A DNA stretch of 64,000 bases from Lama guanicoe. Its lineage: Eukaryota. A program made the position numbers and the translations under genes. The stretch spans positions 1,802,544 to 1,866,543 of the forward strand of contig MU056960.1 of the NCBI GenBank assembly GCA_013239625.1. Reading direction: 5' to 3'. Below the pieces are notes generated by a model that made no database searches, was not told the DNA's origin, and saw nothing but the letters and a program-made list of their open reading frames with translations. Below, one piece after another: positions 38,480-51,285 of this stretch. Each line of letters begins with the position of its first letter. Within the stretch, counting starts at the first letter, position 1.

Positions 38480-39260
38480 CCGCCCCCCACCCCGCCCTCT
38501 GCGGCGCCTCTCTCGCTGCACTGTGGTTCCCCTCATTAGGATACCCCAGCTGCCCCAGCAGACTAACCTCTCGCGGGGGGGGGAGCGCTTAGAAAAGCAC
38601 AAGCAGCAGACCCCCCAAGCCTCCCAAGTCCGCGGCGGGAAAAGTTTCTGGGGCCCCCCTGCAGCGCCCTCCACCCCACCAGCGCGGCTCGCACTCACCG
38701 ACCCCCGCGGCCCCGCAGCGCCGACGCTCCCGCTGGCCCTCGGCCCGAGTCACATCTCTGCAGCGCCGCCGTGGCCCCAGCCCCGCGCGCGCCCGCCCGC
38801 CCGCCAGCCGGTCCGGCCTCTCTGCATCTCACTCGCCAGCCGCTGCCGCGCGAGGCGCCCCCTGGCCGGGCGCGCGCTGCTGCAGCCGCCGCGGCCCCGC
38901 CCCTCCAGCCGGCCCCGCCCTCGGGGCTCCCGAGCCCCGCCCCCGGCCCGGCCCGAGCGGGGCTGTCTATTCCTTGCCGAACCCCAGGCCGGATACTCGC
39001 TACTCGCCGGGGGCCCTGAGAAGGGCCCCCTCCAATGTCCCCAATTCGGGAACACTATCCCCACACCCACAGTGCGCCCATAAACAGTTCGGACGCGCCG
39101 GACACAATCTCAGTTTGCTCCACTTTCAGGAGGACACGGACGAGATTTCCTCCGCCCAGGACGCTCTGCATCATGAGCCCCCAAATAGTAACTTCTCCAC
39201 AACATACCAGCACCAGGTCCAGGGCGCAGAGAGGATTCCACCCCGCGCGTTCCAAAGTCA
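38480..39260. promoter_or_regulatory. GPRC5B: CpG island / GC-box promoter of GPRC5B
   Basis: Very GC- and CpG-rich stretch with three CCCCGCCC (Sp/KLF) boxes in 38895-38945 and no clear minus-strand TATA box. Confidence 0.85.
38699..38870 (-). other. GPRC5B: GPRC5B non-coding first exon (5' end approximate)
   Basis: Strong donor CGG|GTGAGT (GT at 38698-38697) at the edge of a CpG island and just downstream of clustered GC boxes. The TSS cannot be placed exactly from sequence. Confidence 0.75.
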
Positions 39261-40981
39261 CCAATGCTCCAATGTACTACCAGGCAGACCCTTCCCTCCT
39301 GGGCACACTCCAAATCCCACCGCCCCCCACCCGCAACGTGTCCCTGTCACTTTACACACACTGAGCCCAACATCCGCAACCTTGCCACCCCATCATACTC
39401 CCGTGTTGACGTCCACATTTTTGCACCCATCACATGGGTCCATATGCAGGATGCCACCACTGCTGCTGCACACATCATCCACGTACGTACACGTCCACAA
39501 TTTACCGGCGCACACACTCGGAGGTCCTGGGCCATCGGCCTGGCGCTCCGCAAACGCTCAGGGCACAGGCAGGACTCGTGTCCACGGTGGCAGCTGCGAG
39601 ATCCGCTTGAAGGAAGGGGTTCGGGGCCACTTCCACCCCATCCTTGTCCTACACACGGCAGGGTGATGACCCCTGTTCCCCTCTTCCCTGCTTGCGGGAA
39701 GGAGGATGGGGCGGCAGGAAGGTGGGTTGCAGAGTAATACTGCTTCCTGTGGATAGTTGCAGGCCCTGATCTTTGGTGCCCACGGACCTTTCAGATACTC
39801 TCACCCCTTCCTGCATTCCCAGTTCCCTCGTGCCCAGCCAAGACCGGCTACATACCCTGTGGGCACACATCTCTCCAAATGCCTTCTCTTAATTCTAACG
39901 AAAAATGGAAGGAAAGAACCACAAAAACAAACAAAAAAAATTTCCAGTTTCATTGGCCAACGTATCCTCAGCGCCTCGAACAGTGCCTGGCAGTCAGTAG
40001 GAGATCTTAAAGGGTTTGTGAGACAACCTGTCAGTGTTCTAGTTAGATTAGGGAATTGGAAGATGGATGAGCACTGCCTCCTGGTGGTACCTAGTGGAAC
40101 TGACGCCGATATCCTTTTCTTTCCCTCTGTAACGTGGGCAAATTCACCTTTCTAAGCCTCAATTTCCTCAAAGGCAAAAAGGAGATAATTTTAGTAGTAC
40201 ATGCCTACTGGGGTTGTTGTGAAGATTAAAGACATAATACATGTAAAGGGCTTCACACAGAGTCCTGCCCGTGGAAAGCGGTTAGTGTTAATTGATTAAT
40301 ATTACAGTTACAGTTATATTCCTTTTTCTTGGCTTATTTTACAGAGGGACCCTGACTGTGATGATCAGTTTAGCTTCGGGAAGCAAGGAGTGAAAATGAA
40401 GGAGGCTACTGAGTGGCAGGTGCCTTCCTCTCCCGAAATTCAAGGACCCAAGGACTCATCATCACAATCGTGAGAACTTGGGCAGTGTTCACTGTGTGTC
40501 AGGCGCTGTTCTCAGGGCTTCAGAGTATTTCATTCCCCCAGCAGCTCTCTAGGCCAGATACTGTTATTCACTCCATGTTCCAGATGGAGACACTGAGGCC
40601 CAGCGGGGTTAAGTACCCACCCACAGTCACAGAGTTGACAGAGCTAGGATCCAACCCAGGCCATTTCTCTCAACCAGCGGCTAAACCAGTGTCATTTGCT
40701 CTAGAGTCAGAAATCATCACAGGCAAGCCTCATGTCCCCGGAGGGCTCCCCAGGTCTCCAGCCCTGGAGGGAACAGCTCTAGGAGGTGCCGGGAGCTGCA
40801 TCAGGCTCTCAAATGCTCAGTCCGCTTCAAGCTAATGAAAAGTAGAGGCTTCTCCAGCTCTATTCCTCATCTGAAAAATGGTGAGAGTGCTGCCCGTGGC
40901 TTTTCCACTGACAAATGTCAGGGAGTATAATTAGGTGTTTGTGCGGCTCTACTTTTTACTGTCTCCCCAGCTAGACTGTCT

Positions 40982-41175
40982 CAGCGCTGTCTTAATAAGA
41001 GCTTTCTACGATGATGGAAGTCTTCTGTATCTGCGCCATCCAGTAGGATAGCCACCAGGCACATGTGGCTGTTGAGCAATTTAGATGTCACTAGGGTGAC
41101 TGCAGAACTGAACTGTCAGTTTTATTTACTCTTAATTACCTTAAATTTCAGTAGCCTCATGTGACTAGAGGCTCC
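40982..41175 (+). mobile_element. MER3-like hAT DNA transposon
   Basis: cagcgctgtc..aataagagctttctacgatgatggaag...gccaccaggcacatgtggctgttgagca. Confidence 0.75.
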
Positions 41176-42434
41176 AAGCTTAATGAAAAGAGGAACCACG
41201 TCTGCTGTCCATCCTGGTATCCCGTGGCCCAGTACAGGACATGGAACATCAGATATTCCTTAACTAAGTGAATAATTTAATTCCAGCCTTGTTTTCCCCT
41301 TTGAAGTATGTCTAGTCTGTATCCAAACCCATCAGGAACCTCTTTTCTCAGCTAAATAGATCATCTTCCAGATGAACGTGCCGTTCAGGACTCCTGAGTC
41401 CCCAAAGCCCATTTCTGTGGACCATCTTGCTTTAACCGTGGAGCTTCCTGAGGTAGGCACCCACATCTGGCTGTGATGAATCTGAGGCTTGAAAAGGCTG
41501 AATGACTTCTCTGAGACGGCAGAGCTGGTGAGCAACAGGAGGCAGGACGAGAACCAAGCTACGCAGGCTCTTCCCACTTTACCACGCTGCCTCGCGGGTG
41601 ATGTTTCCAGAAACGTCAGCTCAGTCCCATGGAGAAGTGAATTTGAATGATGAGCATTCAGGCGCCTGATAGGATGATTGTTTCAGTACCTGTCGAATTG
41701 CCTCAGGTAGGTGACTGCCTGAACATCGGACCCCGATGGTGTCACAGACACTTTCCCTGGGTGTCTGCTAAGTGCCAGGCTCTCTGCTTGGTCTCGTTGT
41801 GGATACGAGTGGATCCTGCTCTCAGGGAGCTCCAGGTGGGCAGACTGTCCCACTACAGTGTGTGTGGGGTGTACTGGTCCAAAGCGTGCGGGAGTGCCTC
41901 CTAATTAATGGAGTCTTGGGAACCTGTGCTTGGCAAGGCTGGGAGGGGGTTCTGGTTCTGCAGACTCCAGAACCTGACTTTCCCTCTAGAGGGACACGTT
42001 AGGCCATTGGCATCTCTGGATGCTTCTTAGGAGTGAGCAGCCAGGAGTAAGCAAGTATGGAGCACACCATTGCTACCACTCTGTGGTTTTGTGCTGGTGA
42101 TGGATGTCAGTCACCACGCTCCTTCTTGCCTCAGGGTAACCTATGACACCCACCGTGTGTTAGAAGAATCAGTCATTCTTGCAAAGTGTTCCTCAGTTAT
42201 TTCCAGAGTCCCCATCAGGGGGCCTCACAGGTGTCCACAAACCCGGGTGTCACCTGCCATCAGCATGCGGCAGCCACCTGCTCCTCCTTTCCTGCACTGG
42301 CTCTCACAGGTCCTTGTTTGTGGCCCACAAATGGCTTAGAGCGATCTCTGTGTCTCCTGTGGTCATATATACACAGAAACTTTTGGGATCTTATGATAAT
42401 CCTGTGAGAATTATCCCCATTTGATTTGATTAAA

Positions 42435-42665
42435 CATTTTTTTCCAGCTTTTTGGAAGTATAATTGGCCAAAAAAATGTGCCTATTTAAGGCTTACAGCC
42501 TGATGGTTTGGTCCATGTATACCTTATGAAATGATTACCACAATTAAGCAAATTAACACACTGGCCACCTTAACGTAGTTATCTTTTTTTTTTCCGGTGT
42601 AGTCAAAACACTTAAGATCTATTCTCTGAGCAAATTTGAAGTATACAATACAGTATTGTTACCCA
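42435..42665 (-). mobile_element. L1 3' end, antisense
   Basis: tatttaaggcttacagcctgatggtttg...aacacttaagatctattctctgagcaaatttgaagtatacaatacagtattgtt. Confidence 0.75.
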
Positions 42666-44479
42666 TATCTCTGCCCTCATTCTGCAGAGGGGGACGTTGA
42701 GGCACAGAAAGCCAGTTTGAGCCTCCTGATAAGAAGCCTTGGGCCAGGGCTTCAGGTGCAGAGCAGGCCCCTCTAGGGCTCCTTTCTGCTGGTAAACCTC
42801 GCCCAGCCCCTGCTGGGATGAGCATAGCCTCCCCCTCCTCCCACTGCTCTTCCTCTTCCTCCTCCTCCTCCCGCTCCCTCTCCTGACATTGGTCGCAAGG
42901 ACTTGGCCCAGCCATCTGTGAAAGATTGTACCCGACAGGCGAGGCCGAGGTGGGAGCTGCGAGGTGGGGGTGGAGCCTGAGGTGGCTTGGGTTATGTAAG
43001 GGCTCCTGGGACAGGGGACAGTTATGTAATGGGGATGGCAGGCAGGGATGGAAGTGAGGCGGGGCACAGAAGACACCAGGAGCTAGGGGAGAAGAAAGAC
43101 AAAGACAGAGCCGAGCAAGGGTGCTCATCAGCAAGGGTGGCGGCCGTGCAAAGGGCCTTCCCCTGGCCTGTCACCTCCCTGGCACCCGTGCCCTGGAGAC
43201 CCCGCTTCTCCTCTCCCGGCCCCGTTGGGTACAGACGGTTCCAGAACATCCCCAATAACTTTTAACCAAACACCTTTACTGCCTAATTAACCAGAGCCAG
43301 TTTCTGTTGCTTGCAAACAAGAACCTTGAGTGATACAGAGCCCTTTTCTGCCCAAATGCCGGGCTGCATGGGGATCTGGAAACTTCTAGGCACATGGTAG
43401 GTGCTCAATATATGCATGTCTAGTGAATAAGTAAACAATGGCTATTTACGCATTTTCTTGTACTAGTTTTTACTGTCATATTTTTTCTACCTGAAGATCA
43501 CTTCGGTGGGCAAGTAGCTCAGTGGGCTACTCTGGCCCTATTCCTGAAATTAAAAAAAAGACTTTTTCTTTGCACGAAAGACAGGGTTAATCTCAATATA
43601 TGTATCTGACTTTGAATCTTGATGTGTTGCTTTTGAAATTCAAAGGCTGATTTGGTTTATACCATTACATTATTAAAATGGAGAATTGAATTTTCAGTTT
43701 ACTGTGATATTCTCTGCTGCCAACAGGAGAATGGTCCTACTATGATAGTCATTCAGTCAGGTGACAAACAATACCAAGGCACTGTGCTAGGGGCCAGGGA
43801 TGCAATTGAGAACAAGATGTTCCTGCTGTTGACCCAATATTTCCAGCTCGCTGCCTCTGGGACGTGAGATAGGATTGTACCATCAGCCTCTTTGTGGGTA
43901 GATGGGTTCTGTGACCACTCCCGGCCAGTGAGTTGTGGCAGAAGTGATTGGTGTCACTTCCTGGAGAAAGAGTTCATGGTATTACAGCCAGTCCTATTCT
44001 GAGAGCATCATCTCTTCTGTTGGGACTCTGACCCGTACAACCATGAAGAGACAGTGATAGTAGGTTTAATGCCTGCTCTGAGAGAGGTAGCATGGGGACC
44101 AGGAGCTTAGAGGAAGGGCCCTTACTTCTGACTTTGGAAGTCAGAGGACGTTTGAAGGAGGCAGTGGCACCTAAGCTGGCCCCTGGAGGCTGACTCTCAG
44201 CTAACTGGGTGAAAGATTGGGTAAGTGGGGCTCCCGGTGTTGGGAACCCCATCAGCAGAGGCCTAGGTAGCATGTGAGGAGCTGAAAGTAGTCCAAGGTG
44301 GCTGGGGCATGGGGACCAGGTGGCGGCCCTAGAGGAGGCTGGAAAGGTGGAGAGGGCTGATGCACTCTGGTAAGGGGTGTAGGTCTGTCCCGAGGGCAGT
44401 GAGGCCACAGAGGGTGTCAGCCCCTGTGCGTGGTCTGAGGCGTGTTCTGCACTTTACCCTCTGGCTGCCAGGAGGGAGT

Positions 44480-44845
44480 AGTCTTGGTCCATTCTGACTA
44501 CAATAATAAAATACCATCGTGTGGGCAGCTTACAAACAACAGACATTTATTTCTCACCATTCTAGAGGTTGGAAGCCCGAGATCAGGGTGCCAGCACCAT
44601 CAGGCTAGGGTGAGAGCACTCCCCCGGCTTGTGGTTGGCTGTCTTCTCACCGTGTCCTCACACGGCGGTGGAGAGAGAGAGCTCTGCTGCCTCCTCTTCT
44701 TCCTCTAAGGGCACTAACCCCATCCTGGGGGCCCCATCCTCATGCCCTCATCTAAACCTAATCCCCTCCCACCTCGAGTGCCATCATACCGGGGATTTGG
44801 GCTTCAGCATGTGGATTTGGGGAGGACACAAACATTCAGTCCTCA
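44480..44845 (-). mobile_element. MLT1 (MaLR) solo LTR
   Basis: aacaacagacatttatttctcaccattctagaggttggaagcccgagatcagggtgccagca...ggaggacacaaacattcagtcc. Confidence 0.8.
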
Positions 44846-45422
44846 ACAGAGATGGATTTGGAATAGCTGGAGAGAGAATAGGAAGGTGATATCTGGATTT
44901 CAGTAAATCTCACCTGGTTAATCAGTCCATCTTGCGGCTGCACAGGGATGAGGAAATCCTGGGAGGACCCCCCACCCCCCAACCCTTCACTTCCTTTCTC
45001 TTATTTTACTTTTAATACAGCTTATGGAAAAACAGCTTCTCTCATTTCAAAACTAGCATATGCTTATTGCAGAAAATCCAGCAAACACTATAAATCCTAA
45101 ATATCATGGCACATAATTGAATGTTCCCAGTTCACGTGAATATTGAATGAACAATGAATTTCAGGCCAGTGAAATTCATTCCGGCCAGTGTCCTTTTATA
45201 TTTCTGAGCACTTATATAAGCCAATAGAGCTCATTTACATATCAATTTTGATAATACCGTCCAAAGGGAAAGACATATGATACACACATAGACACATAGA
45301 CAGACACAACCAGAGGTCTCAGAGCTTCATTTTCTAAACTCAGTCATGAATCAGGTATTACAGTATAAAACCCACTCGTGTTAACAGTTGGAATAAGCTA
45401 AATTTAAAGATCTCTTTCCTAA

Positions 45423-45605
45423 GGGAGGGTGTAGCTCAGTGGTAGAGTGCATGCTTAGCATGCATGAGGTCTTGGGTTCAATCCCCAGTACTTCCACTAA
45501 AAAAATAAGTAAATAAATAAATCTAATTGCCTCCCCGCCTTCAAAAAATAAATTAAGTAAAAATAAAATAAATAAATCACATATTTATAGAAAAACAAAA
45601 AACAA
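45423..45605 (+). mobile_element. tRNA-Ala-derived SINE (camelid Vic-1 type)
   Basis: GGGAGGGTGTAGCTCAGTGGTAGAG...GGTTCAATCCCCAGTAC head, AAATAAATAAATCTAATTGCCTCCCC body and A-rich tail. Confidence 0.85.
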
Positions 45606-46596
45606 ACCCTCTCTCTCTTTTTTCCGCCCCGCAGGCTCAGGAATTAGAGTTGGTCTAGGTAAGAATTTCTGAGAGCTGTGGTCTCAAGGAAACGGGGTGA
45701 GAAAAGCAAATTCTCTTAGAAGGACTTGTTCCCTCAGGGTCAGAATTCTGAAAAAAATTTTTCCCCCAAGCTAGCTTTTTCTAACAACTGTGTACACAAT
45801 AAGAGAGCTCATTTTGACCATTTTCAGGGCAAATTTTTCCTTTAATTCCCAATTAAGTAAGTACGTGCAAGTGTAAATTCTGAACATCCATAAACCTGCC
45901 TTGGGGTATTAGCTGGAGGCTGGCTTTCTGATGCCCCTTGTTTCTTGTTCCTCTGTTTGAGAGGCTCTGTTTCCCATTTTAAAGTTGAACTTGTAGAGGA
46001 TAAAACTGATGGATGAAACTGTGTGATGGGCCAGTGCGCTGCCTGTGAGCTTGATTCTCGGCGTCATCCTAGAGTCATTTCAGCCTCTCATGTGGCGCGG
46101 TTTCTAAACTGGGCTGTATGAACCTGTAAGGCTTCTGATCCAGAAAGTTTGTAACAACGTCATATAGTCTTTAAAAGAGTTACTGTTGTGTTTGAGGTCA
46201 GATTTTTTTGGCAGCTGATATATTCACCAGATTTGAAAACACAACGTAAAGAGACACTCAGTGTCAAAACCCCATCCTTTAGAGGGGCCGCAGGGAGCTT
46301 TCCAGCGATGGGGACTGGTGCTCCCTCTGGTGGGTGCACCAGGGGCTTGGGGAGAGGACAATGGCACCTCTTTCTCCTGGGACACTTGGCTCCGTGGCGG
46401 CATCCATGGCTTGGTGCGTGCCCTGCAGGCTCCATCTCAGCCTCCCTCTGCCCTCAGCCTGTGTGGGGCTCAACCTCCATGTCTGCAGCGACTCTGTCCT
46501 TCCTGCAGGGCCGTCTATCCCCGTAACCTCCCCCACAGGTAACCACTGCTCTTTCTTTCTCTGGCAAGCTTCCAGAAGTCAAATTCAAGGACAAGC

Positions 46597-47360
46597 TGTG
46601 ATGTTGCGATGTACAATAAGAAATATATATTTGGTCTTCATCCCTGTTCCTGGCACAGAGCTCCTAAAACCCTTGGAATTTCCTGGGACAAGGGCAGAAA
46701 GGAGTCTTTTGTTATGTTAATGAGGTGACTTTTGGAAGCACCTAAAAGTGGGGGCTGGTTGTCAGGGGAATCAACCCTGTGATTAGAGGGCTGGGACCTG
46801 ACCTCCTGGGAGGGGAGAGGAGCAGGGGGTAGAATCAATCATCAGCGGCCAATGATTTAATCAATCGTGCCTATAAAATAAAGCCTCCATTAAAAAAAAA
46901 ACCAGAAAGGAGGGGGTTTAGGGAGCTTCTGGATTGGTGAGCACGTGGAGATTCTGGAAGAGTGGTGTGCTTGGAGGGGGCATGGGGGCTCTGTGCCCCT
47001 TCCCCATCCCTTGCCCGTGTATCCCTTCCATCTGGCTGTTCATGAGTTACGGTCCTTTATAATAAACCGATGATCTTGTCAGCAAAATATTTCTCTGAGT
47101 TCTGTGAAACGCTCTAGCAAATTAGCTGAACAAGAGGAACCTCCAGTTTTTAGCCCATCAGGGAGAAGCACAGGTGACAACCTGGACACACCACTGGGGT
47201 CTGAAGGGGGAGGAGAGTCATGTAGGACTGACCTCATAGCCTGTGGGATCTAGTGCTGTCTCCTGGCAGATAGTGTCACAATTGAGTTGAACTGTAAGAT
47301 ACTCAGCTGGCATCAAAGAGTTGCTTGGTGGCGTGGGAAAAACACATTGTAATTGGGTGC
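46597..47360 (+). mobile_element. MER21-like solo LTR
   Basis: Starts TGTGATGTTGCGATGTACAATAAGAAATATATATTTGGTCTTCATCCCTGTTCCTGGCACAGAGCTCCTAAAACCCTTGGAATTTCCTG. Internal TATAAA at ~46872 and AATAAA at ~47061. Confidence 0.75.
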
Positions 47361-48104
47361 AGAATCTTTACGTGCGAATATGAATATAGACTCTCACTCT
47401 TTTCGCCTCATATATCCCTTCTGCAAGCTTGCAAGAGATAAGGACGGCTCCCGTGCATTGGGATGGTCACTCATGAAGCTGGAGTCTGAGTTGTGTCCTG
47501 GGCTCCGTGTCAGGGCTGGGATTTTGAAGTGGGGGTTCTTCTGACCCAGTGAGTGGCTGAAGCTGGTAGCCCCTCTGGGCTCAGCCCCTCTGGCTGCTTT
47601 GGTACCGGGGGGAGCAGTGTCTGTGCAGGCGTGGGCGTGGGTGAGGGGCGCACCCCCTGGCCTGGGGGAATAGGGCGAGGAAGGGCCACCCCCCACGCGT
47701 GGTAGGGATGGGGAGGGGGCAAGGGCACCTTTTCAGGTCCTCTGGTCCTTGCTGAGCTTTCTTTTTGACTCAAAAACAAACAAACAAACAAAAATAAAAG
47801 ACAAAAACACACACACACACAACAGCAAAAAAGCTCTCCCTTCACCTCCTCCATTGCCCACGCACTTTGTCCTTGCTTAATCAGTCCCACTTCCCTTACA
47901 TTCCTTTTGGTAGCTGAAAGAGCTGAGCAAGGGAAAGGCTCACATGACAGTGCCCTTTGTCCCCTGGGAGGGCACTTTGTCCTCCTCTGCATCAGTCTGG
48001 GAGGTGGCGCTCTCCAGCACAGGGGTGGCGGCCGTGGTGTCCCAGCAGACCTCCAGACTTCAGAGACCCTTCAGAAGGAGGAAGTGGTACAAAAAGGCAT
48101 CTTC

Positions 48105-48460
48105 GTCAGCTTGGGCTGCTAAAACGGAACACACCACAGGCCACGTGGCTTAAACAGACATTTATTGCTCACAGTCCTGGAGACGGGGAGGTTTGAGATC
48201 ACGGTGTCAGTATGTTGGGTTCCTGGTGACTACGCTTCCTGGCTTGCAGACAGTCACCATCACACATGGAGAGAGAGAGGGCTCTGGTCTTTTCAGCTCC
48301 TTATGGGGGCACTAATCCCCCGTGGGGGCCCCACCCTCATGACCTCATTTGAACCTAAGCACCTCCCACGGGCTCCACTTCCAACCACCATCACATGGGA
48401 GGGGTTAGGGCTTAAATATTTGAATCTTGTGTGCAGAGGGGAAATAAACATTTAGTTCAC
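48105..48460 (-). mobile_element. MLT1 (MaLR) solo LTR
   Basis: ggcttaaacagacatttattgctcacagtcctggagac...ccaccctcatgacctcatttgaacctaa. Confidence 0.8.
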
Positions 48461-49009
48461 AACGGAAGGAGTATCAGGAGGACGCTGGCTGAGCAAGCAG
48501 AGAGGAGCTGTGCTCTGGGGAGAGTCTGGTGTGAGAAAGCCAGGCAGCTCCACCTGGACTTGCAGGGTGAAGGTGGGTATTTCAGGCAGGCCCCCTGAGG
48601 TGGGGACTGGCACCCAGGAAGTTGGTGGGAAGCATTCCTGGGGGAAACACTGGGGGGAGGAAGTAGGCAGCCCTGGGGAGAGGGAGAAACAGGGCCACGT
48701 CATGGGAGCAGAGCTGTCCCACACTGGGGCAAACAGGGCTGGGCCTTTACACCAATGTCTGCTGGCTGACTGGGTATCTCTGCCCACCCCCTACCCGAAG
48801 GGGAGAGGCTGGGAGGGACACTCAGCTTCCAGCAGGTGTGCACTGTCTCTGTTCTCTCTTATCCCCTCCATCTCCTTGCCCTGGGCTGTGTCTCCTCCTG
48901 GCCTCAGGGGTTTACTTAGGGGCTGACCAAGACCTTCATCTTCAAGGGTCCTGGGTTGCTGGTCACCATGCCCGACTCTGGCTGTGACTACAGCACTTGA
49001 CCATTCCTT

Positions 49010-49365
49010 GTGTGCCGTGGACTGAATGTTTGGTCCCCCTGGATTCGTATGTTGACATCCTAACCCCCAATGTGATGATGTTGGGAAGTGGAACCTTTGG
49101 GAGGTGATCAAGTCATGAGAGTGGAGCCCTTGGGGACGGGATCGGTGCCCTTACAAAACAGAGCCCAGAGAGCTTCCTCTTTCTGCCACGTGCGGACACA
49201 GTGAGAAGCCGGCTGTCTGCAGCCCAGGGAGACCCTCACCAGAACCCGATCCTGCTGGTACCCTGGTGTTGGACTTCCAGGCTCCTGAACTTTGAGGAAT
49301 GAATTTCTGTTACTGAGAAGCCACCCATCATGAGGCACTTTGTTGTGGCAGCTGAATTAAGACAC
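49010..49365 (+). mobile_element. MLT1 (MaLR) solo LTR
   Basis: tggactgaatgtttggtccccc...gaccctcaccagaacccgatcctgctggtaccctggtgttggacttccag...taagaca. Confidence 0.8.
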
Positions 49366-50859
49366 TGTCAGATGCTGGCACGAGGTGCCCAGGTGGAGTC
49401 ACATGAATGCTAAACATCTTTGCCCCCGACCCTCTGGTGGGAAAGCAGCCCTGCCTCCTCCCCGGGATACAGGCAATTTCTCTGGTTGGACAGCGGCTCC
49501 TTCCTTTCCAGGCTCCTGTCTCACCATGAGGGGCTCAACGGGACATTTGCTGTCCCCCGGTGGAGATGTTCCCTCTGGGAGCCAAGGCCCCACCATCCTG
49601 CAGAGCCCAGAGTTGGAGCCGAGTCAAGGCGGCTTCTGTGCCCCCAAGACCCCACCCAGCCCGCTCCAAGGTCCACCCTGCCTGCCTTGACTTTGCAACT
49701 TGACAGTGACTGTCGTCCAGCTCTACCAGTTCTCCTTCAGAGGAACCTGAGCAAGGCTCCCTTTTCTCGCTTCGCCCGATGGCATTTCCTGAGATTCCCA
49801 CTAGGAGGAGACGTATCTTTGTCCTGTCATTTTGTCTCCGATCAGACAGCTCCTATTTTGATTCTGACAGTGTCTCTAGCATGTCCCACGTATTGGGTTT
49901 TGTTATAAATGAGTAGATGAGCTTAAGCAGGAGTCAGAGTACTCTAACACCTTTTTTTTTAGGATAATCTATTTTATTTAATTAATTAATTTTTATTTTT
50001 AAATTTTTTATTGACCTGATGGCCTTTTCCCCCCCAGGATAATCTCCCTATTTTAATGGACTAATTAATTAATTAATTAATCAATCTTTAACTGTTAATT
50101 TTTTATTGGCCTGACAGCTTTTTGAACCGACAGCTCTGCAGTGCCCAGGGTCCCCTGAGGTCCTTGGACCCCTGGGGTCTGAGACATGACATGGGACACA
50201 TTCTTTAGGTGTGTGAGGACATCACCTTTTGAGGATTAATAATGTTACTTATAATGTGTTGCATATATATTTGTTAATTCATTCAGTGATTCATTCATTC
50301 TTGGTCCTAGTCCTCAAAGAACCCAGGTAAGCCTATTACTTATCGAACAGCTTTGTAAACAGCATCATAAACACACAGCTCAGAGCCTGCTTGCAGCTGT
50401 ATTTGCTTAGGGTCTGAGCGATCAGAGCTGCGTAGGAAACTGCTCCTGAATGCAGTGGCTTACGATACAGCCAGTGGCTCACGGCTGTGTGCCTGGGACA
50501 GGGCTTGTCTGTGCTCTGGGCTGGAAGGTCCGAGGTGGCCTCTGGAGTTCTGGGCCTCCCTTCACATGGACTTTCTCCCCAGCAGGGCAGTCGGCCTATT
50601 TCTCACCATGATGACTGGGTTCCAGGGGGAGCCAGTCCAACGTTCCCACAAGACCAGCCCTGCTAGCATCATGCTTGCTAGCGTCCCATCGGCTGAAGCA
50701 AGTCCCGGGGCCAGGCCCAGTCAGTGTGTGTGGGGGGGCTGCACAAGGGCATGAAATGGGGAGGCCACCAATGCCACCAGCTGCTAGTCACCTTAATCTC
50801 TCTTGCAGTGCTGTGTCACAGGGACCTGGGTTTGAGTCCTGCCAGCACCACCTGCATAC

Positions 50860-51285
50860 TAGCTTCTCATGGGTTGAATGGTCCTTCCCACCCTCCCAGA
50901 TTCATGTGCTCAGGTCCTGACCTCCAGGACTGCAGGATGCGGCCTATCTGAAGACTGAGTCTTTACAGAGGTGATCCAGGTGACGTGAGGGCATTAGGGT
51001 GAGCCCTAATCCAATCTGACCGGTGCTCTAATTAAAAGGAGAAGTCTGGACACAGACACACACAGAGGGAAGGTGACGTGAAGTGACACAGGGGGAAGAT
51101 GGCAGCTACCAGCCCAGGAGAGAGGCTTGGACCACCTCCTTCCCTCACGGCGCTCGGAAGGCGCCAAGGCTGCTGACACCTTGATCTTGGACGTCTAGCC
51201 TCCCCAGCTGTGGTCTGATGAATTTCTGTTGTTTCTACCACTCAGTTTATGGTAGTCTGTTATGGCAGCCCTAGGAAGCTAGCAC
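50860..51285 (+). mobile_element. MLT1 (MaLR) solo LTR
   Basis: tgggttgaatggtcc...ctgctgacaccttgatcttggacgtctagcctcc...tgttatggcagccctaggaagcta. Confidence 0.75.

Noticed and set aside
38192-39737. Long Pro/Arg/His-rich ORFs (276, 230 and 157 aa) over the promoter
   Set aside because: Expected stop-codon depletion in a CpG island; low complexity and no recognisable homology. An upstream alternative coding first exon cannot be excluded, but I found no convincing donor.
45423-45500. tRNA-Ala-like head as a possible tRNA gene (also the copy at ~63100-63177)
   Set aside because: Altered 5' end, stem mismatches and an attached A-rich SINE body and tail mark these as SINE copies.
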